Both the position numbers and the translations under genes were made by a program. The notes under the pieces were generated by a model. The model worked only from the letters and a program-made list of their open reading frames with translations. It was not told where the DNA came from and did no database searches. This document shows, in pieces, positions 39,122-50,185 of a DNA stretch of 64,000 nt. Within the stretch, counting starts at the first letter, position 1; each line of letters opens with the position of its first letter. This stretch comes from Cyanobacteria bacterium P01_A01_bin.123 (GTDB lineage: Bacteria > Cyanobacteriota > Cyanobacteriia > Phormidesmidales > Phormidesmidaceae), in assembly GCA_039815185.1 (NCBI GenBank), contig JBCBZT010000005.1, positions 160,001 to 224,000 of the forward strand. Direction: 5' to 3'.

Positions 39122-39327
39122 GCATATTGCTAACAGAGCCATACTCAAAGAACATCCAGGATGATGCTTGGCAGTGCCTGAAGGACGCCCAGAGCCAGCT
39201 AGAACAGATGGGCATCTCCGTCATGATTGATCAGTTTGAGTCAGAGGCTGAGATGCGAGGTTTTCTGGCAAGGCACGCCCAGGGAGTCGAGCCTTTTGGT
39301 GAGGAGGTAAATGATGAAGCGCATTAA
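39115..39327 (+). CDS. Hypothetical phage protein
   Basis: Coupled ORF. Confidence 0.55.
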   Translation: MLGILLTEPYSKNIQDDAWQCLKDAQSQLEQMGISVMIDQFESEAEMRGFLARHAQGVEPFGEEVNDEAH

Positions 39328-39580
39328 GGTCGGGCGACTATCAGCCACTCTGTTGCCCCCTCGGCTATGGGCACTCCGTTGCCGCTTCAAGCCTTGCCGC
39401 AAAAAGGTCTCGCCGGAGGAGCGCCAGCTATTTGAACTACTCCTCGCAAACTACACCGTCGAAATACCGGAATACAGACCATTCGGATGGTCTCTACGTC
39501 TGCCATTTGCGTGTGTCAGGGTTTTTGGGATGCCTGGAATGCCTGACATGACTATCGGAGTGGAGGAGGGCGAACAATGA
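39311..39580 (+). CDS. Hypothetical phage protein
   Basis: Coupled ORF. Confidence 0.55.
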   Translation: MMKRIKVGRLSATLLPPRLWALRCRFKPCRKKVSPEERQLFELLLANYTVEIPEYRPFGWSLRLPFACVRVFGMPGMPDMTIGVEEGEQ

Positions 39581-39792
39581 TTTTCACAACGCGTCGAGAA
39601 ACCTTTGACGAGTGGGCAATTGGGCGCTATCGAGTGCAGTTTTTCGAGTCGCACTTATGGCGGTTGGGTGTTCGTTTTCGGTGGCTCACTAGGCAGGTAA
39701 TTGATATGCCTAGGGTGAGCGTCATCGAAAAGCCTTATGGGTGGGTGCTGTCTCTGCCAACGATGGCCATCAGAGTGGAGAGGAATGGGTAA
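39577..39792 (+). CDS. Hypothetical phage protein
   Basis: Coupled ORF; PYGWVLSLP resembles PFGWSLRLP of the previous ORF. Confidence 0.55.
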   Translation: MIFTTRRETFDEWAIGRYRVQFFESHLWRLGVRFRWLTRQVIDMPRVSVIEKPYGWVLSLPTMAIRVERNG

Positions 39793-40115
39793 TGACAACT
39801 GACGAAACCGTGGCTTTGCTGCTTGAGGCAGCAGCGGCCACTAGGCAGCTTACTGAGGCTGCTTTGGGAATGGCTCAAGACTTGCAGCGCAACCGCAAAG
39901 AACACGAGTGGGTAAAGCCTTCGGAGGCGGCATCAATGCTAGGTACTGCCTTTACCCCCACCAAAATAGTTGACGACATCAATGCTGGCTTTTTTAAGTA
40001 TGGCCGCGACTACATCAATACCAGTAACGGCAGTAGGCCAAACTACGCTGTAAAGGCTGCTCAGCTCCGCAAGGTTTACAGCACCCCACCCGAGAAGCGT
40101 CAGACCTATTCTTGA
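39792..40115 (+). CDS. Excisionase-like HTH protein
   Basis: EWVKPSEAASMLG..; convergent with integrase. Confidence 0.6.
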   Translation: MTTDETVALLLEAAAATRQLTEAALGMAQDLQRNRKEHEWVKPSEAASMLGTAFTPTKIVDDINAGFFKYGRDYINTSNGSRPNYAVKAAQLRKVYSTPPEKRQTYS

Positions 40116-40117
40116 TC

Positions 40118-41203
40118 TTACTGAAGCTGCTCCCAGGCTTGCTGGAATTGGTTCTCATTGATGAACTGCTGATAAGTTCGATAGTGTTCCGTGAGAGAGT
40201 GGCCCATCATCTTCGCTGCGATCACTGGGTCAAGCCCCTTCACTGCCGAGCGAACAGCCCAGCAATGCCGGAGGTCGTACAAGACAAATGGCATTCCTTG
40301 TCGCTTGAAATACTGCGCCGACCGCAGCCCATAATCGCTGTTGCGTCGCACAGTGAGCTGGGGCAGCTCAACATCATACAATCGAAAACGCTCCCACCAC
40401 TTGCCTGGAATGGGCCACACTCTACGCTGTCCAGTTTTCCCGCCCTCAACGATCGCCACTCCTGGCGGTTTTTTTAATGCCTCCAAGTCAAGATAGAAGC
40501 ATTCGTGGTTTCTCAGGCCATAAGTCGCCATTAGAGCATAGACACATTGCCATGAGCGCAACGGAATCTGTTCGTAGAAGGCAAGGATCTGGTCGTCACT
40601 AGGCAAGTCCCTAGGATTGATCTCACCTGCTCTGTATTTGCCTCTGTAGGGGCCAAGGTCGATCTCTATGTGAGCAAATCTAGCAAGTGCTTTATATGCT
40701 GTCACTGCTCGCTGCCGTGCCCTCGTGTCTGGCTTTGTGCTGCTAAGTAAAACCTGCTGTAATACCTCTCCGTCTAACTCTGAATTAGATGGTAGTCGCC
40801 GAAACGGCACAGCGTAATCTTTATCCCAGGTCGTTTCAGTTTTGGCGGTTCGCTCTCGCTGCTGGAAATACTGAGCCTCAAATGCTTCTACCCAATCTCT
40901 ACAGGTTCTTGTTCTTAACTCAGGCTCGATCCAATTAACCCAATTAAATTTCTCCATTGCCAAGTCGGACGACAATCGCAGCGCCTCAGCCTTAGCCCGC
41001 TTCACTCCCGCCGGATTGCCATATATGCCCAACGATATCCGTTGAGAATAGGGCTTGGTTTTACTACTTTCTGGCTTGGGTGGTAGGGTACCTCTAAGAC
41101 GAAGCTTGGCCCCTTGCAATTCGACAGTGACACCAGCTTTGCTGCGCTTTAGTCCACGATTAATTTCAGTGATTGCCAACTTAGCATCAAACGCCTTTGA
41201 CAT
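40118..41203 (-). CDS. int: Phage integrase (tyrosine recombinase)
   Basis: ATYGLRNHE, GKTG.R, YDLRHCWA, MMGHS..H...Y; cyanobacterial arm-binding N-terminus. Confidence 0.95.
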   Translation of the reverse strand: MSKAFDAKLAITEINRGLKRSKAGVTVELQGAKLRLRGTLPPKPESSKTKPYSQRISLGIYGNPAGVKRAKAEALRLSSDLAMEKFNWVNWIEPELRTRTCRDWVEAFEAQYFQQRERTAKTETTWDKDYAVPFRRLPSNSELDGEVLQQVLLSSTKPDTRARQRAVTAYKALARFAHIEIDLGPYRGKYRAGEINPRDLPSDDQILAFYEQIPLRSWQCVYALMATYGLRNHECFYLDLEALKKPPGVAIVEGGKTGQRRVWPIPGKWWERFRLYDVELPQLTVRRNSDYGLRSAQYFKRQGMPFVLYDLRHCWAVRSAVKGLDPVIAAKMMGHSLTEHYRTYQQFINENQFQQAWEQLQ

Positions 41204-41338
41204 TTGCCAAAATCCTGCCAACTTTTTTAACAGAATAGAAGCATTTGACTCGAATTACTCTAATAAAGTGAACGGTATATCAAGGCTTTACAGGCTTTCT
41301 ACTGTACATTTACCTATTACAAAGGCACTGGCAGTAGT

Positions 41339-41381
41339 TTGTGATTCCACCATTCGCGGGTTCGACCCCCGTCGTTCGCCC
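41339..41381 (+). other. attR: 3' fragment of tRNA-His(GTG)
   Basis: TTGTGATTCCACCATTCGCGGGTTCGACCCCCGTCGTTCGCCC; 5' half and D-arm absent. Confidence 0.85.
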
Positions 41382-41462
41382 TTATTACAGCGATTGATGC
41401 TTGAAGATTGGCAAAAATCTGCCAAAAAATGACGGATTAAACTTGCGCGATCGCCTGCTGAA

Positions 41463-41888
41463 TCAACAGCACGGAAACTCCTTCTGGATTAGCGGCACAC
41501 TCAAATCTTCGCCATAGGCTTCGATGCGCACCAGGTTTTGATCATCCAAGGGAACTAGGACAACTTGCCACGGTGCGTTGGGTTGATGCAGCACATACTC
41601 AACCGGGTCAGGCAAAGAGCGATCATACTCCTCGTAATCTTCTGGCATGGGGATTTGAGCCGCATTCAGAGACATCATCGTTTCTTCGACAGAGGTGGAG
41701 GGTGTCCATTGGATGTAACCACTCTCTCCCAAGCTGCTGAGAGTAGCTTCGGCAGACCAGACTGCGTTTTCGAGGGAGATTTCTTTGCCCTTATTAGCCA
41801 TTTGGACGGCAGGTTGGCTCAACTGAGCGATCAAGAAACATCCGCCCAAGATCGCAATGGAATATAGGGCAATTTGCAGCGGTTTCAT
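41463..41888 (-). CDS. Exported hypothetical protein
   Basis: N-terminal hydrophobic segment. Confidence 0.7.
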   Translation of the reverse strand: MKPLQIALYSIAILGGCFLIAQLSQPAVQMANKGKEISLENAVWSAEATLSSLGESGYIQWTPSTSVEETMMSLNAAQIPMPEDYEEYDRSLPDPVEYVLHQPNAPWQVVLVPLDDQNLVRIEAYGEDLSVPLIQKEFPCC

Positions 41889-42273
41889 CTCACTAGACTT
41901 GAGTTCGATACCGCTAGAGTGCCCACATAACTAAAGCACCTCTGATCTCTGATCTTAAGGGAAACGAATAAGCTTCCCTAATACAAATGCCGGAAGGAAA
42001 AGGGGCCAGAGTAAAATTACCAACTGCTTAGGAAAGATAGCACCTAGTCTATAGGGGATCGACAAGGAAATGATCACGACTCCGTAAACCCACACATAAA
42101 GAAAAATCATTTGGTCACACCATTCCATCCTGCACAGAGGGCAACGATTAGGTTTTACCTATGTGTCGTATTCTAAGGAGCGATCGGGAAGAAGTTGGGA
42201 AGCACTGCGCCCAACAAAACCCCCAGCATTAAAGCTGGAGGCTAGTCCTCGACCATGCACTTTAGTCCAGGGA

Positions 42274-42954
42274 TTACGCTGCAACTAGCGCGTCAATCAA
42301 CTTAGCCTTAGACATCTTGGTAATTCCCGTCAATTTGCGCTTCTTCGCCATAGCCTTTAACTGTGTGGTGTTGAACGATTCCAAAAGACTGCGATCGCGA
42401 ATCACCTCAGGCATAGGCTCAGGTGTTAGATAGAAGATCTGCTCTAGAGCCTTCAGTTTCTTGCCCGCCGTGATTTTGCATCCGAGCTTTGTGATCGGTT
42501 TTAGGCTATCCCAGTATTGCCTAGGGGCTTCATCAATGCGAGTTGTTGCAGTAACCAAGCTAACACCCTTGAGGGGACTACTCGGCTGGTTGATGAGGTA
42601 GTCCAGGGCCGAAGAAATTTCGTCTCGACTAGCCTTGGAGAGATTGGTCTTAGGTACCATCTCTCCAGCCAGGGCTCTCGCGATGGATTGAGTTTCCTCC
42701 GAATCATCCGCGATGATGCACCAGACCTCCTTAAGCCCAGCCTCGTCTGCTACCGCATAGATGAACGAATTGCCAACTACCAAATATTCATCTTGCCCTG
42801 TCTCCTTGACGATGAGGGGAATCCAGTTGCGCCCCTCTGGGCCAAGCAACTTTGCTGAAGCTTGAATCAAATATTCTGGTGCATCTGTGGGTTCTCCAGG
42901 CTCAATTTCATCAAATGGGAGGCACATCAGATTGCCAACGTCTGAAAAACTCAT
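42274..42954 (-). CDS. ParB-like N-domain plus Rho_N-like C-terminal domain protein
   Basis: NWIPLIVK..Y.VVGN; TQLKAMAKKRKLTGITKMSKAKLIDAL. Confidence 0.7.
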   Translation of the reverse strand: MSFSDVGNLMCLPFDEIEPGEPTDAPEYLIQASAKLLGPEGRNWIPLIVKETGQDEYLVVGNSFIYAVADEAGLKEVWCIIADDSEETQSIARALAGEMVPKTNLSKASRDEISSALDYLINQPSSPLKGVSLVTATTRIDEAPRQYWDSLKPITKLGCKITAGKKLKALEQIFYLTPEPMPEVIRDRSLLESFNTTQLKAMAKKRKLTGITKMSKAKLIDALVAA

Positions 42955-44285
42955 TGAACAAAATACTCCTTTGCTAGGGTCAAATACTGGTCACGAGCGT
43001 TTTTAAAGGCAAAGGCCGCAGGAACATGCAGGAAGTCAGCCTTAGAGATATAGGCCATGTAGGGGATACTGATCATTCTTCCGGTGCCCCGCTGTCCTTT
43101 CCGTTGTTTTGGATAAAAGTACGGTGTCAGATCAAAACCTTCTTTCTTCGCGTCTTTGATAATTCGCTCAATTGCACTATGCATGAGCTGCAACTGAGGG
43201 GCTGACGTCTTAAAGGCGTTGTTCATGAATATTGGCAGTGCTACTGGGCCAGCATCGCCAGACTTATTGCGCTCTTGCTGAACCTCTGGGATGAACTTGG
43301 TGATTGCCATTGCAGCATTCTGGAGAGAATGTAGATTATCGTGCCTGGCGGGAATCAAGACAACATCAGCAGCATAGATGGCGCGTTGAGAAAAAATTCG
43401 CCAATTAGGGGGAGCGTCTATCAGGATGTAGTCGTATTCAGTCTTTATGGTCTCCAGTGCCCTGAGTAGCGCGTGAGGTTTAACTCTCTGCCGTAACTCA
43501 ACTTCATCGACCTTGCTGACCAATTCTTCATCAGCAAGAATGACATCGAATCCTCGTGGTGACTTTAGTTTGGGGTGCTCAAATTTGTAGGGCTTAATCA
43601 CCTCTCTAACGTCAGCGTTCTTGTCCTCCAAAACACTTCGCATTCCTCCCTGGATCGGAGGGAGATTTAGTGCATCCCCCAAGTCGCTTTGGTTCGGATC
43701 GAAGTCAATAACTAATACCCGATTCTTGAGCATTGATAGTGTTGCTGCAAGATTCAGGGTTGTTGTGGTCTTCCCTACGCCGCCTTTGTTGTTATAAACA
43801 GCGATGACCAGAGATTTTCTGGGGGCTTCGATGCGCCCTTTAAACTCTTTGACCAGTTGCTTGACATTGTCAAAGGATAAACAAGGGGTTACTGGATGCA
43901 CTACCTTGCCGTGCTTACAGAAGAGTTGAGCATTGATCGAATTCATGACTATGCCCCATTGAACAGATTTTGAGGCGGGGTCTAAAAGGTATTGCTTCAG
44001 TTGCAGAACAGCCTTGTTGTAGTGTGGGTGACCTTCTGTCAGGTTTTTAGTTCTGCCCTTAACCTCCATGTAAAGATATGGGTCTTTTTTCGTTTCCAAG
44101 AAGATGTCTTCAGGGGTGTTTTTTCGTGCGGCCCAATCCACAGCACCTTTGCTAACTGGGAATTGAGGGTAAATCCCTAGGCCTTCATAGCCTAGAGCCT
44201 CTAAGAATTTTTTAGAGAACTGATGCTCAACAACAGCTTCATCAGCATCAGAAGGAATGCTTTGCAGGATGCTTTCCAAATCCAT
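42951..44285 (-). CDS. HsdR_N-like PD-(D/E)xK nuclease-ParA ATPase fusion
   Basis: E..V..FLEALGY..VD..MEVK..QL.QY; NNKGGVGKTT, DFDPNQ, IDAPP. Confidence 0.85.
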   Translation of the reverse strand: MDLESILQSIPSDADEAVVEHQFSKKFLEALGYEGLGIYPQFPVSKGAVDWAARKNTPEDIFLETKKDPYLYMEVKGRTKNLTEGHPHYNKAVLQLKQYLLDPASKSVQWGIVMNSINAQLFCKHGKVVHPVTPCLSFDNVKQLVKEFKGRIEAPRKSLVIAVYNNKGGVGKTTTTLNLAATLSMLKNRVLVIDFDPNQSDLGDALNLPPIQGGMRSVLEDKNADVREVIKPYKFEHPKLKSPRGFDVILADEELVSKVDEVELRQRVKPHALLRALETIKTEYDYILIDAPPNWRIFSQRAIYAADVVLIPARHDNLHSLQNAAMAITKFIPEVQQERNKSGDAGPVALPIFMNNAFKTSAPQLQLMHSAIERIIKDAKKEGFDLTPYFYPKQRKGQRGTGRMISIPYMAYISKADFLHVPAAFAFKNARDQYLTLAKEYFVQ

Positions 44286-44811
44286 AGGATATACGGGAGT
44301 GAGGACTATCTCTATAACTCCCAGTGGAACTACGAAGGTATCAGGAACTTTATGAATTTACAGCCAAGATGCTGAGGTATTTCTTGGGTTAATTATTGAC
44401 ATCAACCTATGGCAATTTTGCTATCACTAGAGAGACATAATCCTATGTTCAGAGAATAGGGTATGGAAGGCAGGGTTTATCCCCTATTCTCCAAAGCCAC
44501 TGATAGGAGTCCTTGGGGTTAAGGTCACGCGGGTTGAGCATCGACCTCTAATTAATAACCCCCGATGCACTGGGCATCGGGGGCGATTTAGTTATAAAGA
44601 GCTTTATAGTGAGCTTTATATTGGTCGCAAGTGTTCAGCGCACTTGATGTTTCCAGGATGGCTCAGATGCAAAGACAGAGAAAGCGGTTCTCGGATAAGT
44701 TTACAGAAAATAGGTAAAATCCCGGATAACGTGAATTTTAAGCTAAGTGTAATCGCTAGTACCTAACTCATGTTGTCCTACCCTTCCCATCCTGGCATGA
44801 AACCGCTTTGG

Positions 44812-44925
44812 CTATTGGGCAGTGCCCTCACCGTCGATCGCAAAATAGATTGTGGGTTGCCTAGGGAATTCTGAGCAGGCTTTTGGGGAAGTCAAAGGAG
44901 AGGATCGAGTTGGATTACGGATAGA
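44812..44925 (-). pseudogene. GIY-YIG N-terminal remnant
   Basis: SEFPRQPTIYFAIDGEGTAQ* resembles 23351..23941. Confidence 0.6.
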
Positions 44926-44935
44926 AGCGACTTGC

Positions 44936-45289
44936 TTAGCCAAAGGTGCGACTGTTCCAGCCCCACATTGCCCCTTGGGCATCAGCAAATTCAATGTAGG
45001 TGCGGTTTTCGGCAACGCCGAGGGCCTGGTTCACTTTTTGGCAAAAGTCTTGGCTCATGGCTTGAGTTTTGGCTGACCCCATAGTGCCTACACTTTTGAT
45101 TTCGATGAAGCACGTGGGGTCAGTAGTGCCGCCGAAGGTCATGGGCACATCAGCCTCAAAAGCAGTCATCACGTAGGATTCAGGCTTGCCAAGGTGCTTG
45201 GCTAAACTGGCGGATAGGGTTTTGAGCATCGCCTCAACCTGGGGCTTCTCGGGAGCGGCAACGGAAGTTTGGACTTTGATTAGGGGCAT
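44936..45289 (-). CDS. MIF/phenylpyruvate tautomerase family protein
   Basis: N-terminal Pro MPLIKVQT, GKPESYVM, WGWN. Confidence 0.92.
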   Translation of the reverse strand: MPLIKVQTSVAAPEKPQVEAMLKTLSASLAKHLGKPESYVMTAFEADVPMTFGGTTDPTCFIEIKSVGTMGSAKTQAMSQDFCQKVNQALGVAENRTYIEFADAQGAMWGWNSRTFG

Positions 45290-45532
45290 CGTGAAACAAA
45301 ACCATAGCAGGGCAGATTGATTTTAAACTCAGGCTTATCCCTTGTCCAAGTCCAAACCTGGAGTTTTGTCTGTAGGGAAACTTTAGATCCCGAGCTGAGC
45401 TTGGTTTAGCTTATTTCGATAACATCGCAAATCCCTATCGATCAGGTCGATTGAAGACTTTGTTAAACTGACGATCACAATAGTAATCAAATTAGTCTTT
45501 CACTTGATTTACTGTCACTGCTGCAATCCCCT

Positions 45533-46882
45533 ATGACTGCTTCTTCAACTGCCTCTTCTGCGGCGTCAGCCACCGCCCAATCGGATACTGAACTAGATAA
45601 CTTGACGGCGATCGCCCAACGCACCCAACAAGCGGCTCGTCATCTAGCTACCCTATCCAGTGCGGCCAAAAATATCGCGATCGCGGCCATTGCCGAATCT
45701 CTAGAGGCGGCTACCCCCGACATCTTGGCGGCCAATCAAGCAGACTGTGAGGCGGCTCTGGCAGATAACCTAGCCAAGCCCCTGTATGGGCGGTTAAAGC
45801 TGGATGCAGTCAAGCTCAAGGGGGCGATCGCTGGGGTTCAAGACGTGGCCCAACTACCCGACCCGGCAGGCACCGTGCAGATTCATCGAGAGCTCGATAC
45901 TGGCTTAGAACTCAAACGCATTGCCTGTCCGCTAGGAGTATTGGGGGTAATTTTTGAATCTCGCCCTGATGCCGTCATGCAGATTTCTGCGTTGGCCGTA
46001 AAGTCAGGTAACGGCGTCATCCTTAAAGGCGGTAAAGAAGCCGTGCGTTCTTGTCAGGCGTTGGTGACTGCGATTAAACAGGGGTTGAACAATGCTGGGG
46101 TTAACCCAGACGTGGTGCAGCTACTGACCACGCGAGAAGAAACGCGGGCACTGCTAGCGCTAGAGACCTATGTGGATTTGATTATTCCCCGGGGCTCTAA
46201 TGCCTTCGTACGGTACGTCCAAGAAAACACCACCATTCCCGTGCTGGGCCATGCCGACGGTGTTTGTCATCTTTACATCGATCAGGCTGCTGATGTCGAA
46301 AAGGCCGTGGCCATTGCCCTCGATGCTAAAACCGACTATCCCTCGGCCTGCAATACGATTGAAACCCTGCTGGTTCACCGGGCGATCGCGGCTCAGGTCT
46401 TACCCCGAGTTACCTTTGTCTTACAGTCTCATGGGGTTGAATTGCGTGGAGACGCAGCAACACGCCAAATTTTGCCTGAGATTGACGCCGCTACCATCAC
46501 CGATTGGTCAACGGAATACAGCGACTTGATCTTGTCTATTCGCGTGGTGGACAACTTGGAGCAAGCCATCGACCACATCAACACCTACGGGTCGCGCCAC
46601 ACTGACGCCATTGTCACTGAAGATGACGCTGCTGCAACCACGTTTATTGCCCAGGTAGATGCGGCTGGAGTGTTCCACAATTGCTCTACTCGCTTTGCCG
46701 ACGGCTTCCGCTATGGCTTTGGTGCCGAAGTCGGCATCAGCACCCAAAAAATGCCGCCCCGTGGCCCAGTCGGCTTAGAAGGATTGGTCACTTACAAGTA
46801 TCAACTGGTGGGTAACGGCCACATCGCGGCTACCTATTCAGGGCAAGACGCCAAACCCTTTACCCACCGTGATTTAATCTAG
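45533..46882 (+). CDS. proA: Gamma-glutamyl phosphate reductase
   Basis: [38 protein letters not shown]. Confidence 0.97.
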   Translation: MTASSTASSAASATAQSDTELDNLTAIAQRTQQAARHLATLSSAAKNIAIAAIAESLEAATPDILAANQADCEAALADNLAKPLYGRLKLDAVKLKGAIAGVQDVAQLPDPAGTVQIHRELDTGLELKRIACPLGVLGVIFESRPDAVMQISALAVKSGNGVILKGGKEAVRSCQALVTAIKQGLNNAGVNPDVVQLLTTREETRALLALETYVDLIIPRGSNAFVRYVQENTTIPVLGHADGVCHLYIDQAADVEKAVAIALDAKTDYPSACNTIETLLVHRAIAAQVLPRVTFVLQSHGVELRGDAATRQILPEIDAATITDWSTEYSDLILSIRVVDNLEQAIDHINTYGSRHTDAIVTEDDAAATTFIAQVDAAGVFHNCSTRFADGFRYGFGAEVGISTQKMPPRGPVGLEGLVTYKYQLVGNGHIAATYSGQDAKPFTHRDLI

Positions 46883-46921
46883 GGATAGGTTCCTAAGTTT
46901 TCTCCCACCAATCCAATCTCT

Positions 46922-47437
46922 ATGTCATTTATCATTGCTGGTCTGCTTGCAATCGCGCTGTTGATTATGCCAGGACTTACACCTGCTGCGATCGCATCTC
47001 CTGCCCCCAACCTCGTAGCCGTTTTACCCGGCCTTAAAGGGGTCTTTACCGGCACCTCCCCAGGTCTAGGGATTACCGATGGTAAGCTATCTGCCTGTCC
47101 TGCAACGCCTAATTGTGTTGTTAGCCAGGGGGCTGATGCCGATCATGCAATTGAACCGATTACTTACGAGGGCGATCGCGACGAAGTTCGCGAATTATTG
47201 CTCAAAGTGCTCAGCGTCGTCCCCCGCACTGAAATCGTCACCGAAACCGACGACTATATTCGTGTTATCTCTACCAGCCGTCTGATGGGATTTGTCGACG
47301 ACACCGAGTTTTACCTGCCTGAAGATGAATCCGTCATTCATCTCAGAGCCGCTGCCCGCTTAGGCGAATCCGACCTCGGCGTTAATCGTCGTCGCCTAGA
47401 GCAAATTCGCTTTGCACTCAAAGATCTAGGGGTTTAA
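46922..47437 (+). CDS. DUF1499 family protein
   Basis: CPATPNCVVS, GFVDD.EF, SDLGVNRRR. Confidence 0.9.
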   Translation: MSFIIAGLLAIALLIMPGLTPAAIASPAPNLVAVLPGLKGVFTGTSPGLGITDGKLSACPATPNCVVSQGADADHAIEPITYEGDRDEVRELLLKVLSVVPRTEIVTETDDYIRVISTSRLMGFVDDTEFYLPEDESVIHLRAAARLGESDLGVNRRRLEQIRFALKDLGV

Positions 47438-47497
47438 TCGAGATAGTTCAAAGGCTTTGGCATAGTCTCTCTAACAGGATGAATGAGATACCATTGA

Positions 47498-48949
47498 TCA
47501 AAGGTCTTGACCAATCATAATCTTGGCGCGCAATTCACCCTTGATGCGGTTCAAAATTGAGTCTTCATCGAGGGAATCTAGCACCTGGTTCACCACTGCT
47601 TTTGGCCCTTCTGGCCCCCAGGTTGCCCCTTGAGCTAAATAGGTTTTAGTCACTTGGCCAATGGCATAGGTCGCTACCCCTGCAACAGCTGCCTGGGTAA
47701 TCGCCACTGACACATAAGACGGTAATGCTAGTCCTCCTGTGGCCACTGTGGTGCCGCCGAGTAGGCCTTTGAGCGAACTCAGCCCAAAACTAACGAGCAG
47801 ATCACTGGCAGTGAGCCCTCCCATACCCAAAGCAATGGTTTTAAGCAGGTTTATGGCTCCTGGTTGGGTCATTTCGATGCCGTATAACCGCGATAGGGTG
47901 ACAATCAGCGTGACATCTACTGCTGCGCCACCCAGCAAATCCAGGGCGGTAATCGGATTAAGGGCTACCGCGATCGCTTTGGCCATTACTCCCGTCCAGA
48001 GGGCATCATCGGCGGCGCGATCGCGAATTTGTAGCTTTCTCGCGACGATTTGCTCGTTGATCTCATCGGCATAGAGCAGGGTATTCAGTAGCACCAATGC
48101 TTTGCCTTCCCGGTGTAGTACCTCCAAAATCTTGAGTTTTAGCTTGGCAACTTGAGGTTGCCCCCGATTGACCTGGCGCATGAGGGAGCCATTAACGTGC
48201 TTTTTGGCTTGCACAACCAGGGGCGCTGCCGCCGTCATGACAATCTCATCTGGGGAAATCAAATCCTTTAACCGATCGTCCTGTAGCTTTTGATAGATCG
48301 CCTGACGATCGGTTTCAGGGTATTGATCGATTTTGTTGAGTACGAGTAGTATCGGTTTACTGGCTTGGCGCAACTGTTGTAGAGCTTCATACTCAACCTG
48401 GGTCATATCCCCAGCGATGATGAACAAAATTAAATCCACCTGTTGGGCAATGCGCTTGGCCAAAATTTCTCGAGCTTCGCCCCCCACTTCATCAATCCCA
48501 GGGGTGTCTATCAGTTCTATTTGCGAGTTGCCTAAGCCACCGAGAGAAACCCGCAAAACGTCTTGCTCTGGTTCTGTGTTTGCGGTTAAGGTTTCGCGAC
48601 TCACTTCCCAGGGCACACTTTCGATCTGTTGCGTGACGCCATGAATTGCCCCAGTTTCAAATACGGGATAACCGACTAGGGCATTTAATAGTGACGATTT
48701 GCCCCGCCCCACCAGTCCAAAGGCCGCAATGTGAATGACCGACTGCTCTAGTTTTTGCAATAAGCCGCTGAGACTCTGCAATTCTTGTTCTAGGCCTGTT
48801 CGTTCGCGATCGCTCAAATCTAGCCGTTCAATTAGACGACGCAGCGTTGTTTGGGCTTGCTGATACTGAACCTCACGCTGAATATCGTCAAATTCTCCGA
48901 TCGCGTTGGTCAGGTCTTGTTGAAAATCCACATTGGCCCCTTGTTCCAC
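47498..48949 (-). CDS. Era-like GTPase with DUF697 region
   Basis: GLVGRGKSS, DTPG, NKID. Confidence 0.9.
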   Translation of the reverse strand: MEQGANVDFQQDLTNAIGEFDDIQREVQYQQAQTTLRRLIERLDLSDRERTGLEQELQSLSGLLQKLEQSVIHIAAFGLVGRGKSSLLNALVGYPVFETGAIHGVTQQIESVPWEVSRETLTANTEPEQDVLRVSLGGLGNSQIELIDTPGIDEVGGEAREILAKRIAQQVDLILFIIAGDMTQVEYEALQQLRQASKPILLVLNKIDQYPETDRQAIYQKLQDDRLKDLISPDEIVMTAAAPLVVQAKKHVNGSLMRQVNRGQPQVAKLKLKILEVLHREGKALVLLNTLLYADEINEQIVARKLQIRDRAADDALWTGVMAKAIAVALNPITALDLLGGAAVDVTLIVTLSRLYGIEMTQPGAINLLKTIALGMGGLTASDLLVSFGLSSLKGLLGGTTVATGGLALPSYVSVAITQAAVAGVATYAIGQVTKTYLAQGATWGPEGPKAVVNQVLDSLDEDSILNRIKGELRAKIMIGQDL

Positions 48950-50185
48950 TGCTCTATCAGTAGCGCTCTACATCAGATATCAGTTTGCTGATCGCCAATA
49001 ACGACCCCAGCGCCTAATTCTAAGGTACTCAAAAAACTGAGCTTTGCTGATTTCTTAGAGCTTATCTATATTGTCTATGAGACCTTGCGGGACTGAAGCA
49101 GTACCGAGTCTAAAAAGCTACGCCAGCAACAATGCGCCTCTAGGAGAGACTAAGCCTTTCAATCTCTAAGGCATTGCTAACTATTCGACACGTATCATTT
49201 CCTACCTGTGGCTTTCGACTGCTATCACCATCAGTCGTTGATGAGTTACCTTCCCCAAACATACCGACTAAAGCACCTAAAAAAGCCAACACTATTAGTG
49301 TGAATATAATATCTTTGAAAGCCACAATCTCTTCAAACCTTTAGAAATTCCTGTTGGAACTGATCTAACTCTTCTTATTGCTAGAGGCAATAAAAATAGA
49401 TGCTTGAAACCCCAGAAACAATATTCAAAAGCTATAGGATTGTTACACTATCGATTTAATCCCGCACATTAAAAAGTCGAAATCAGCTCTATTCCTTAGA
49501 AAAGCTTTGAATTAAGTTAACCCTATAAATTTCAAAAAGCTTTTTGAAATTTTCAGATAACCAATTAAATTTAACCTGTGATCGGCATTTTTATTGACTG
49601 AAATTGCCATTGACAAAGAACACAAACGCTGTCAAAATATTATGAATAGTGATTGAAAATCCTGTTCATGATGCTAAGGCTAAGGTAACTTCCGACTCAT
49701 GCGATTAGAGAATTCCGCTTAGTCTTACAATCATAGATAGTGGTTCTCCGGGAAATCTACTTCCTGTTGTGGAGAAAAGAATGGGATCTAAGTATTTTTG
49801 CTTACTTCACTTGGTATAAAAAATTAATATCCCTGGTATTGAGCCCGCTGTCAGCCTTTTGACCTCGGGAGGGAAAATTGACTGCGTCTTATTCCTTTGA
49901 CGCCATGAGGAGTGTGGGACAAAAAACTTTTGCCTCTGGTTCAGATCTTTGTCTCCGCACCCATAGGGGTGAAAGCGACTGCAGGCATAAAACCAATATC
50001 AAAGGTACGGGATTATCTCCAAGCTGGTGGGGGGTAATCCGTTATATGGGACGGTCAAGAAACGGTTTAATCTAAATGCAAGCAAGTTGATGTCACCTTA
50101 GCCATTTGTCTGAAATAGGCCTGCCCAAAGGTGTAGCGACAACAGCAGAATGAGACAATATTTCTGATGCCTGGAGTGGGTCTAG

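Larger units (their letters stand above)
1..41381. mobile_element. Prophage (right part; left end outside window) integrated at tRNA-His
   Basis: MuF, portal, terminase, early/replication operon, excisionase-like gene, integrase and a tRNA-His 3' fragment at the right boundary. Confidence 0.9.

Noticed and set aside
41300..41381. Functional tRNA-His
   Set aside because: No D-arm or 5' acceptor strand and the anticodon stem does not pair; treated as att
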